A DNA stretch of 64,000 bases, taken from positions 1 through 64,000 of IMG/VR virus record IMGVR_UViG_3300025617_000013; one strand, 5' to 3'. The translations under genes and the position numbers were made by a program. Position 1 is the first letter of the stretch. Each line of letters begins with the position of its first letter. The DNA is from a virus. The notes under the pieces were generated by a model. It ran no database searches, was not told the DNA's origin, and saw only the letters and a program-made list of their open reading frames with translations. Positions 56,256 to 64,000 of this stretch are shown piece by piece.

Positions 56256-58354
56256 GACAGGTAACTGCAACAGAAAAATATAGAGCCGTAAACGAAGGTA
56301 AGCTCGCTGAAGGCGAATTCGTACGTCAAATGCGCTTATCTTACCCTTCAGTTATTTCGCAATGGAGTAGCTTTAAGGATACTGTAACTATACTTAAAAA
56401 TAGAGGATATATCACAGAAAAATCAGGAGTTGATACTTATGATAGTCGAGTTAATTTAAACATCTCTCCTAATTCAATAGATAGAGGAGTTCGTTATGAA
56501 TTAAGTGGACAAGATGTTGATCCTACAACTACTACAGATAAAGAACTTGTAGCTAAAATCACCGACAGAGTAGTTAAGAACCTTAAGAAAGATCCACTTC
56601 ACTATATTAACTTATTATCAAAGGAATCTAATAAAGTAGATAAACATGATAAAGAAGTTGAAACTAAAAGAGGAGCAAAAGATAAAGACGTTATAAACGG
56701 TTTGAAGAAAGCAACCTTGAAGGAAGATTCTACTCCTAAACAGAAAGACTTTTATGCAGATTATACTGACATAGGTATGTTCTATATGGAGAAACATGGA
56801 AATATCTATAAAGGTAAAGAACAGGTACTATCAGATGCACAATATGAGGATTTAGGAAAGAAGATTGTTGATCAGCTGTATGATGGAGATATAGCAAAAG
56901 CATATGATGATTTAGCAGTTCCAGGATTAGACGCTGCCGCCAAGAGGTTAGCTGATGATGGTAAGCTTATCAATCCTCAAAAAGTAGACGGTACTCCTGT
57001 AGAAGAAGAAGACGGATACAATACAGATCCTAACCTTCAAATGCATATCGATGATGAAGAGTGGGAAAGAGAAATGGGAAGAGGCCCTAAAGAAGACGTA
57101 GTTAAAGAAGCAGGTAAAGCCGCTCTTATTCAAACTATGAACAATGCAATCTCAGCTATTAAAGGTAAATACGGTAAAATATCAGGTATTTCTGGTATCA
57201 TTAGAGATTTTTTAAAGACACATTTAGATGACTTAGCAAATGGAGCAGATCCATTAGATGAGTTTGAAAACTTTGTAGATATTAACTATGATTCATTATC
57301 AGAAACAGAAATATCTGAAGAAGATATAGATACAGATGGATATGTAGAATCAATGGGACCAGAATTTGATGTAGCAGTAGAACAATTAGTCGCTGCATTT
57401 GAAGATTGGAAATCGGGTCCAATGACTGAACCGGAAATGATTCCTTATGCAGTAAAAGATGTAATCGGATACCTGCAAGGCAAATTAGGAGGAACTTTAG
57501 CTGAAGCAGCTGGACCAGATCCAGAATCTATTTGCCCGGAATGTGATGGTTCAGGATGCGACCACTGTGACGGTACAGGAGCACACAAAATAAGAGAAGA
57601 AGATTATGTTCCAAAAAGAAGAGGTGCATTAGAAGAAAGAGTAGGAGGATTACAAGAATTTATTTCGTTAATAGAAGATAGAGCAGCAGAAAACGACACT
57701 ACAGAAGCTGATGAAGCAGAAGAAGTAGTTTATGCTATAGGTGACCATTACAACTTTGGTGTAGACATTATGCATGCTCCAAACGAAGCTAAAGGAAAAG
57801 ATCATGACGGAGATGGAGACATCGATGGAGATGATTATATGGCTGCTAAAGATAAAGCTATCAAAAAAGCCATGGGTAAAGATGAAGCTTTTTTAAAGGA
57901 AAATATTAAATCAATTATTACTAAAGTTCTTGAGGAAGAAGTAATCGTAGAAGCAGCTACAGGTAATCTTGCTAAATACTCAGAAGAGTATGGAGGATTT
58001 GAAGGTCTACCAAATGCTATTAATCAACTTGAGAATATAGTTACAGATGTAGAGTCTTACTATAACAAGGTTAGAGAGAAACTTCAAAAAGTATACAACG
58101 ATATAGGTAATATTACCAATGAAGAAGGTTTAAAAGTTGGAGGATTTATCGCACCATCAATTGAATCTGCTTTCCTTAAAGATCTTAAACCAGTAATTGC
58201 TAAAGGATTTACTAAAGGATTAGAAACTCCTAAAGTAAAAACTATTTCTCAAGCCGATATCATGTCAGCAAGAATGGAACAGGGATTAGATGAGAAAGAG
58301 ATAGAAGAGAAACAAACAATGTTTACTCCGGTTCACGAAACTAAAAAGAAATAA
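56252..58354 (+). CDS. acidic mosaic prohead-core protein with CxxCxGxG zinc finger and DxDxDG Ca-binding-like loop
   Basis: CPECDGSGCDHCDGTG at about 57533; DHDGDGDIDGDDY at about 57800. Confidence 0.7.
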   Translation: MRQVTATEKYRAVNEGKLAEGEFVRQMRLSYPSVISQWSSFKDTVTILKNRGYITEKSGVDTYDSRVNLNISPNSIDRGVRYELSGQDVDPTTTTDKELVAKITDRVVKNLKKDPLHYINLLSKESNKVDKHDKEVETKRGAKDKDVINGLKKATLKEDSTPKQKDFYADYTDIGMFYMEKHGNIYKGKEQVLSDAQYEDLGKKIVDQLYDGDIAKAYDDLAVPGLDAAAKRLADDGKLINPQKVDGTPVEEEDGYNTDPNLQMHIDDEEWEREMGRGPKEDVVKEAGKAALIQTMNNAISAIKGKYGKISGISGIIRDFLKTHLDDLANGADPLDEFENFVDINYDSLSETEISEEDIDTDGYVESMGPEFDVAVEQLVAAFEDWKSGPMTEPEMIPYAVKDVIGYLQGKLGGTLAEAAGPDPESICPECDGSGCDHCDGTGAHKIREEDYVPKRRGALEERVGGLQEFISLIEDRAAENDTTEADEAEEVVYAIGDHYNFGVDIMHAPNEAKGKDHDGDGDIDGDDYMAAKDKAIKKAMGKDEAFLKENIKSIITKVLEEEVIVEAATGNLAKYSEEYGGFEGLPNAINQLENIVTDVESYYNKVREKLQKVYNDIGNITNEEGLKVGGFIAPSIESAFLKDLKPVIAKGFTKGLETPKVKTISQADIMSARMEQGLDEKEIEEKQTMFTPVHETKKK

Positions 58355-58365
58355 TAATATAAATT

Positions 58366-58944
58366 ATGTCACAACTATTAGTAGACGTTACCCCTTTTAA
58401 ACCAACTATTAGAGAATCCAAAGAAAAACCCGGAGTCTTTGAAGTAGAAGGTGTATTACAAAGAGCAGTAGCTAAAAATCAGAATGGACGTACTTATAGT
58501 AAAGACATCCTAATGAGAGAAGCTAAGAGATATGTTGAAGAGTTCGTAAAGGTAGGTAATGCCTTTGGAGAACTCGACCACCCTGAATCCCCAGTTGTCT
58601 CTTTAAAGAACGCCTCCCATATAGTAAAGGATTTATGGTGGAAAGGAGACGACCTTATGGGACGTGTTGAACTATTAAATACACCAGCCGGTAATATTGT
58701 AAAAGAGATATGTAAAGCAGGTCATACAATAGGTATCTCATCTAGAGGAACCGGTTCAGTACAACAAACAAACGAAGGTACTTTAGAAGTACAAGACGAC
58801 TTTGAATTAGTATGTTGGGACTTTGTATCTAATCCATCTACACATGGAGCATTTATGAACCCAGTATCCTTAAATGAAGGTAAAGTTAAAGTATCTAAAT
58901 ATTCTAATTTAGATTCAATTATAAACGATATTTTAAGAGCCTAA
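58366..58944 (+). CDS. prohead core protease (gp21-like)
   Basis: NQNGRTY, GELDHP, SH, TPAG, GISSRGTG, DFVSNPS. Confidence 0.95.
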   Translation: MSQLLVDVTPFKPTIRESKEKPGVFEVEGVLQRAVAKNQNGRTYSKDILMREAKRYVEEFVKVGNAFGELDHPESPVVSLKNASHIVKDLWWKGDDLMGRVELLNTPAGNIVKEICKAGHTIGISSRGTGSVQQTNEGTLEVQDDFELVCWDFVSNPSTHGAFMNPVSLNEGKVKVSKYSNLDSIINDILRA

Positions 58945-58979
58945 TAATAATTCCCTCGGACGCTACCGAAGGCAGGTGT

Positions 58980-59015
58980 AAGAGACCTTTCAGAAATGAA
59001 AGGTTTTCTTGTTTT
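58980..59015 (+). terminator. probable intrinsic terminator after protease
   Basis: ACCTTTCA-GAAA-TGAAAGGT hairpin followed by T-rich tract. Confidence 0.7.
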
Positions 59016-59128
59016 AGTAAAACATATATATTTATATACATAATATAACGTCCTATACGTTATTAATAATTTTATAACTTCACATTACAGTTTACAGTAA
59101 CTGTACGAAATCACAAAACATTATTTAA

Positions 59129-60361
59129 ATGGCAAACAAAGATTTACTTAAGCAAGCTATTGCTGAAGCCAAATCCGTACGTGAAGCCGCTATTGCTAAC
59201 GCTAAAGAAGCTTTAGAAGAGACTTTAACTCCTCACCTAAAAGATATGTTAGCTGCTAAACTTCAAGAGATGGAAGATTCATCTGTAGAAGAAGAAGTAG
59301 TAAATGAATCTATAGAAGAAGAGATTGAAGAAACTGTAGAAGTAACTGAAGAAGAAACAGTAGAGGAAGAAGTACTAGAAGAGGTACCAGCAGCAGTAAA
59401 AGAAGCTGAGGATGACTCTGAAGAATCAGAGGACGAAGCTGAGGAAGAAATCGAAGAACCCGCTGAAGAAGAGGGTGAAGAAGAAACAGTTGAAGGTGAC
59501 GAGGATCTTGGAGACTTAACAGTAGACCAGTTCAAAGATATGATCCGTGACATAATCGCTCAAGAACTTGACCACGATGGTGGTGAAGAAGAACTTGGTG
59601 CTGATATGGACGCTGGGGATATTGAAGGAATGGGAGATGAAGAGTCTATGGAAGAACCTATGGAACTTGATGCTGCTTCTGACGAAGAAGAGATCGACTT
59701 AGACGAACTTTTAAGAGAGTTAGACGAAGTAGATGAATACGGCTCTACTAGACAAAGAGACCGTGCTGATTCTGCTGCATCAGGTCTAGAGAACATTGTA
59801 AAAGGATTAACAGCTCTTTCTAAAAAAGCAGGTCCAGCCGCTAAAAAAGCATATGCTGCTTTACAAGCTTTAGGAGCAGGAGCAGGTTATGCAATGCGTA
59901 ACGAAGGAGACCAAGATGGAGACGATGAAGCTCTATCACCAGAGGAGTTAGCAAATAAACATGCTGGTTCTCCAATGAAAGAAGATAGAGATAATTCTGA
60001 ATTATCAGAAGCGTTAGAGACTGTTGAAGCTCTACGTAAAGATCTTCAAGAAGTAAACCTTCTTAATTCTAAATTACTTTATGTGAACAAAATCTTCAAG
60101 GCTAATAGTCTTTCTGAATCACAAAAAGTAAATGTAATTGCTGCTTTTGATAAAGCAGAAACAGTAAAAGAAGTAAAATTAGTATTCGAAACAGTTTCTG
60201 AAAATGTAGCTACTCCTAAAAAGGAGAATGTAACTGAAGCTAAATTAGGCATGGCGTCTAAAGCAACAGGTACTACAGCAACAAAACCAGAAATCATTGC
60301 AGAAAATTCTGCAGTACATCGTATGCAAGTTTTAGCTGGTATTAAACCAAGACAATTTTAA
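59129..60361 (+). CDS. prohead scaffolding protein (gp22-like)
   Basis: Very acidic; AIAEAK..REAAIANAK; EVNLLNSKLLY; between protease and capsid genes. Confidence 0.85.
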   Translation: MANKDLLKQAIAEAKSVREAAIANAKEALEETLTPHLKDMLAAKLQEMEDSSVEEEVVNESIEEEIEETVEVTEEETVEEEVLEEVPAAVKEAEDDSEESEDEAEEEIEEPAEEEGEEETVEGDEDLGDLTVDQFKDMIRDIIAQELDHDGGEEELGADMDAGDIEGMGDEESMEEPMELDAASDEEEIDLDELLRELDEVDEYGSTRQRDRADSAASGLENIVKGLTALSKKAGPAAKKAYAALQALGAGAGYAMRNEGDQDGDDEALSPEELANKHAGSPMKEDRDNSELSEALETVEALRKDLQEVNLLNSKLLYVNKIFKANSLSESQKVNVIAAFDKAETVKEVKLVFETVSENVATPKKENVTEAKLGMASKATGTTATKPEIIAENSAVHRMQVLAGIKPRQF

Positions 60362-60387
60362 TTTAATTTAACTTATTTATTTCAATC

Positions 60388-61971
60388 ATGGAAATTAATT
60401 CATTATTAGAAAGCTCAAACTCATATAAGAGTTTACAGGCTGACTCAGCAAAATTAGCTGACAAATGGTCTGCTTCAGGTTTACTTGAAGGTATTGAGGA
60501 TAATCGCTACAAAAACAACATGGCGATGATTCTTGAGAACCAAGCAAAACAAATCGTAGCAGAAGCAAATAGTACTAACGTAGGAGGAGGATCTTTCTCT
60601 GCTGGCTCTGGAGAGCAGTGGGCAGGAGTTGCTTTACCTTTAGTAAGAAAGGTATTCGCTCAAATCGTTGCACAAGATTTCGTATCTGTACAACCAATGA
60701 ACTTACCTTCAGGTCTAGTATTTTATCTAGATTTCAAATACGGTGATACTGCTAACGGTAGAACTGATAACGACAACATGTACGGTAACGTATCTACTGC
60801 TAACGATAAAATGGCAGTTAACGAAGCTGTAGCTGGTGGTCTTTATGGAGCTGGTCAATTTGGATACTCAATCAATGAAGTAGACGGTACTGCTGTATCT
60901 GCTTCTGTATCTAATGCAGATTCTGCTTCTGTAAACTATGAAGTAGGAATTTCTCCTGCATCTTACGATGAAGTAGCTGTACCAGTTTCTTCTATCTCTA
61001 ACTTTGACGCAGAAGGTATCCGTGCTTTCCGTTTAACATCTGCATCTGTTGCTGTAGCTACATTAAACCAGTATACGAAAGTAGAAGGTTCAAACGTAGT
61101 GTTTGTAACTGCTGATGGAGCTGTATCTACTGACGATACTGTAGTAGTAAAATACCACAAACAACCAGTTGATAACGACAGAGGAGACTTTGAAGCAACA
61201 GGAGCTAGAGCTGTAGAAAACTTAGCTATTCCAGAAATCGACGTAAAACTTGCTTCTGAAGCAATCGTTGCTAAAACTAGAAAGTTAAAAGCACAGTGGA
61301 CACCAGAGTTCGCACAAGATCTAAATGCTTACCATTCAATTGATGCTGAAGCTGAATTAACATCTTTATTATCTGAGTACATCTCTATGGAGATTGATTT
61401 AGAAATTTTAGATATGTTAATCTTAGGTGCACGTACAACTGAACACTGGTCAGCTGAGAACAACAAAGTATGGAGTGGAACTAACTGGACTACTGATACT
61501 TCTGATTTCTATAATACTCAAGGACAATGGTTCCAAACTTTAGGAACTAAAATCCAAAAAGTATCTAACAAGATTCACCAGAAAACTTTAAGAGGTGGTG
61601 CTAACTTCGTAGTAGTATCTCCAACAGTTGCTACAGTATTAGAGTCTATCCCAGGATTTGCTGCTTCTACTGACGGTGATCAAATGGACTTCAATATGGG
61701 AGTACAACGTGTAGGTTCTCTTGCAAACAGATTTAAAGTTTACAAGAATCCTTATATGACTGAGAACATTGCTCTTTTAGGATATAGAGGATCTCAATTC
61801 TTAGAAACAGGTGCAGTATATGCTCCTTACGTTCCATTAATGATGACTCCATTAGTATACGATCCGGAATCTTTCACACCAAGAAAAGGTTTGATGACTC
61901 GTTATGCTAAGAAGATGATCAGACCAGAATTCTACGGTAAAATTCATATCTCTGACTTAGATCAGATTTAA
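60388..61971 (+). CDS. major capsid protein (gp23-like)
   Basis: SVQPMNLPSGLVF, AKTRKLKAQWTPEFAQDL.AYH, EIDLEIL, YAPYVP, TRYA. Confidence 0.97.
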   Translation: MEINSLLESSNSYKSLQADSAKLADKWSASGLLEGIEDNRYKNNMAMILENQAKQIVAEANSTNVGGGSFSAGSGEQWAGVALPLVRKVFAQIVAQDFVSVQPMNLPSGLVFYLDFKYGDTANGRTDNDNMYGNVSTANDKMAVNEAVAGGLYGAGQFGYSINEVDGTAVSASVSNADSASVNYEVGISPASYDEVAVPVSSISNFDAEGIRAFRLTSASVAVATLNQYTKVEGSNVVFVTADGAVSTDDTVVVKYHKQPVDNDRGDFEATGARAVENLAIPEIDVKLASEAIVAKTRKLKAQWTPEFAQDLNAYHSIDAEAELTSLLSEYISMEIDLEILDMLILGARTTEHWSAENNKVWSGTNWTTDTSDFYNTQGQWFQTLGTKIQKVSNKIHQKTLRGGANFVVVSPTVATVLESIPGFAASTDGDQMDFNMGVQRVGSLANRFKVYKNPYMTENIALLGYRGSQFLETGAVYAPYVPLMMTPLVYDPESFTPRKGLMTRYAKKMIRPEFYGKIHISDLDQI

Positions 61972-61993
61972 GATTTACTTTAGTAATAAATTA

Positions 61994-62022
61994 AGAGAGG
62001 CCTTCGGGCCTCTTTTTTTTTT
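61994..62022 (+). terminator. intrinsic terminator with cUUCGg tetraloop
   Basis: AGAGGCC-TTCG-GGCCTCT followed by a long T run. Confidence 0.95.
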
Positions 62023-62036
62023 ACTATTTATTATAT

Positions 62037-62264
62037 ATGGAATTAACTTGGCCACAGTTTCGGAATCAAAATCATATTCGTATCTTAAATGAAAACGAAC
62101 AGATACGACAGTATAGATTTTATTTAGACACAGTTTCAAATCAAATAGTAAATCAAAATAAAGGACCGCAATCCTCTAGACCAGTAATAGTGACTGGGCT
62201 TCTACTACAAGAAAATTTATTTCTAATACAGCAGGAAAACGGATCCAGAATATATATAACATAA
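62037..62264 (+). CDS. small virion protein (MELTW family; C-terminal LLQE..LIQQENG motif)
   Basis: ORF track; TATTTATT at 62025; paralogue at 34660. Confidence 0.75.
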   Translation: MELTWPQFRNQNHIRILNENEQIRQYRFYLDTVSNQIVNQNKGPQSSRPVIVTGLLLQENLFLIQQENGSRIYIT

Positions 62265-62270
62265 TAAATT

Positions 62271-63059
62271 ATGCCGAACTTACCAATATCCTTATTACCA
62301 CAATCTACAGCTCTACAAGGAGATGAACTTTTTGTAGACGTTCAAGGAGGAGTAACTAAGTACACTACTCTAGGTAGTTTAGCAGCATTTACTACAAGTT
62401 CAATTCAAACAGAGGTAAATAATCTTACTGCAGCTACTTCTTCTTATTTAGCTTCACATCAAGATACCGGTTCACTTATGGTAACTGGATCTTTATCCGG
62501 TTCATCATTGGTATTTGAAAAAGGAGATACAACTACATTTGATATTGATTTATCTAGTACATTTATTACCCCTTCTCAAACAGGTTCTTTGGTAGAAGCA
62601 GCTCATATTTCACTTTACTCCTCAGCCTCACAGCAATTAGCTGTATCTGGAGCTGCACAGCCTGTAACATTTACATCAGTATGGACTGCAAGAGGAGTTA
62701 ACTTAGTAAGCGGTTCTCAAATTGTAATGGAGAAAGCAGGAACTTATCAATTTAATTTCGTTGCCCAAATTACAAATACTGAAAACGCGGTACATGATTC
62801 TTACTTTTGGATAAAGTATAATGGAAATAACTTTCCAAATTCAGCAACTCAAATGTCTTTACAACCAAGAAAGAACGAAAGTACTCCATCTGCTCAATTA
62901 ATGACAGTAAATATAGTTGGTGTTGCTCAAAACGATGGGGATTATATTGAATTATATTGGACAGGTGATAGTAATACTATAAAACTAAGTGAAACTCCTG
63001 GTGATGGAGTCAAACCAGAAACACCTTCGGTAATTGCAAATATAGTAAGAGTAGGATAA
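62271..63059 (+). CDS. head fibre/decoration protein with C-terminal C1q/BclA-like domain
   Basis: MPNLPISLLP N-terminus; PVTF...AGTYQFNF...GDYIELYW. Confidence 0.7.
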   Translation: MPNLPISLLPQSTALQGDELFVDVQGGVTKYTTLGSLAAFTTSSIQTEVNNLTAATSSYLASHQDTGSLMVTGSLSGSSLVFEKGDTTTFDIDLSSTFITPSQTGSLVEAAHISLYSSASQQLAVSGAAQPVTFTSVWTARGVNLVSGSQIVMEKAGTYQFNFVAQITNTENAVHDSYFWIKYNGNNFPNSATQMSLQPRKNESTPSAQLMTVNIVGVAQNDGDYIELYWTGDSNTIKLSETPGDGVKPETPSVIANIVRVG

Positions 63060-63104
63060 TGAGTGCAGCCTATTTATAGGTATAAACTTAAAGTTATTAA
63101 AATA

Positions 63105-63791
63105 ATGAGTTCAAACCATCATACGGACGATGTATTCGTTCAAAAGAGAAGACCAAAGAACCCAATTAAATTTAACGTTCAATTAAATAGCGAACAAAAA
63201 ACAGCAAAGCAATTAATTTTAGATAACCCGATTACTGTTATAAAAGGAATGGCAGGATCCGGTAAGACTTTAGTTTCTACACAAGTAGCATTAGATCTGT
63301 TATTTACAAAGCAGGTAGAAAAGATTATTATAACAAGACCTACTGTGTCTAAAGAAGATATAGGTTTCCTACCAGGAGATATAAGGGAAAAAATGGACCC
63401 TTGGTTAGCACCAATATATCATAACTTATACATGTTGTATAATAAAGAGAAGATAGATAAAGAATTAGAGAATGAAAATATAGAAATAGTACCTTTTGCT
63501 TTTATGAGAGGTAGGACTTTCTTAAATTCTTTTGTCATAGTAGATGAAGCTCAAAATGTTACCCATAATCAAATGGAAACTGTAATCGGTAGATTAGGTG
63601 TAAATTCCAAGATGGTAATATGCGGGGATATAGCACAGATAGACCTTAAAGATAAAAGAGAAACAGGATTTTCTTTTCTGTCTAGAGTAGAAGAACAAGT
63701 AGAAGGGTTTAGTACTATAGCATTAGAAAAGAATCACAGACATGATATAGTATCTCCTATACTAAAAGTATATCAAACCTTCAGAGATTAG
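63105..63791 (+). CDS. phoH: PhoH-family ATPase
   Basis: GMAGSGKT, RP, GFLPGD..EK..PW, RGRTF, DEAQN, GD..Q.D; start moved to ATG 63105 (late motif at 63071). Confidence 0.95.
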   Translation: MSSNHHTDDVFVQKRRPKNPIKFNVQLNSEQKTAKQLILDNPITVIKGMAGSGKTLVSTQVALDLLFTKQVEKIIITRPTVSKEDIGFLPGDIREKMDPWLAPIYHNLYMLYNKEKIDKELENENIEIVPFAFMRGRTFLNSFVIVDEAQNVTHNQMETVIGRLGVNSKMVICGDIAQIDLKDKRETGFSFLSRVEEQVEGFSTIALEKNHRHDIVSPILKVYQTFRD

Positions 63792-63817
63792 TCACTATTT
63801 ATATATAAACTAATACT

Positions 63818-64000
63818 ATGGCTGATATCTCTATATGGAACGGCAGTTCGACTTTTTCTCCCGGACAGACACCATTTGGTTTTTACGATACAGACTCAAC
63901 ATTTCAAGCTGAAGCCGATAAAGTAGCTCATTTTTGTGCTACTAGATTAGGTTATCCGTTAATGGATGTAGAATTACAATCAGGTTCATTCTATGCTTGC
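63818..64000 (+). CDS. neck protein (gp13-like), 5' part, truncated by window end
   Basis: MADISIWNGSS...TPFGFYD...RLGYPLMDVEL; TATTTATA at 63796. Confidence 0.65.
   Translation, partial: MADISIWNGSSTFSPGQTPFGFYDTDSTFQAEADKVAHFCATRLGYPLMDVELQSGSFYAC

Noticed and set aside
4023-61160. Numerous minus-strand and nested ORFs in the track (e.g. 4023, 5670, 30708, 48421, 51716, 59263)
   Set aside because: They are antisense shadows of well-supported + strand genes with low-complexity translations and no promoter.
34660-62140. MELTW duplicate as a DGR template/variable repeat pair
   Set aside because: Differences are not adenine-specific, both copies are open N-terminal coding sequence, and no reverse transcriptase is present in the window.
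1-64000. Stop-codon reassignment
   Set aside because: Core genes are full length in the standard code; TAA, TAG and TGA all act as stops with tight gene packing.

Overview
This 64 kb window is from an AT-rich, T4-superfamily-like myovirus genome, and almost all of it is coded on the + strand with the standard genetic code. The host is most likely a Bacteroidota bacterium. Eight TTG-N20-TAnnTT(T) promoters match the Bacteroidota -33/-7 architecture, and BACON-like, DUF6150-like and DUF6734-like domains point the same way. Layout: (1) small early genes, a T5orf172 protein, an HD protein and a gp55-like late sigma factor (1-4.9 kb); (2) baseplate and tail-fibre module (4.9-33.3 kb), including a gp7-like wedge protein ending in a Hint domain and a 3288-aa fibre with an S74 chaperone; (3) a mixed block with primase, exonuclease, kinases, a nucleotidyltransferase and a nucleotidase (33.4-43.4 kb); (4) large acidic mosaic proteins (43.4-51.6 kb); (5) terminase, portal, core, prohead protease, scaffold, major capsid, PhoH and the start of a neck gene (51.6-64 kb). 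The most interesting inferred signal is a capsid-cargo system. Many late genes share a short N-terminal 'M(K/R)Lxx(I/L)(I/L)xE' leader resembling the T4 capsid-targeting sequence. Several large proteins read as strings of small shuffled modules separated by gp21-type (I/L/M/V)-x-E sites, consistent with polyproteins that the prohead protease cuts into many packaged peptides. Late genes are preceded by TATTTAT(A/T); TATTTATA is the exact reverse complement of the T4 late promoter. No tRNA, rRNA, CRISPR array or integrase was seen. All family calls come from motifs recognised by eye, not from database searches.
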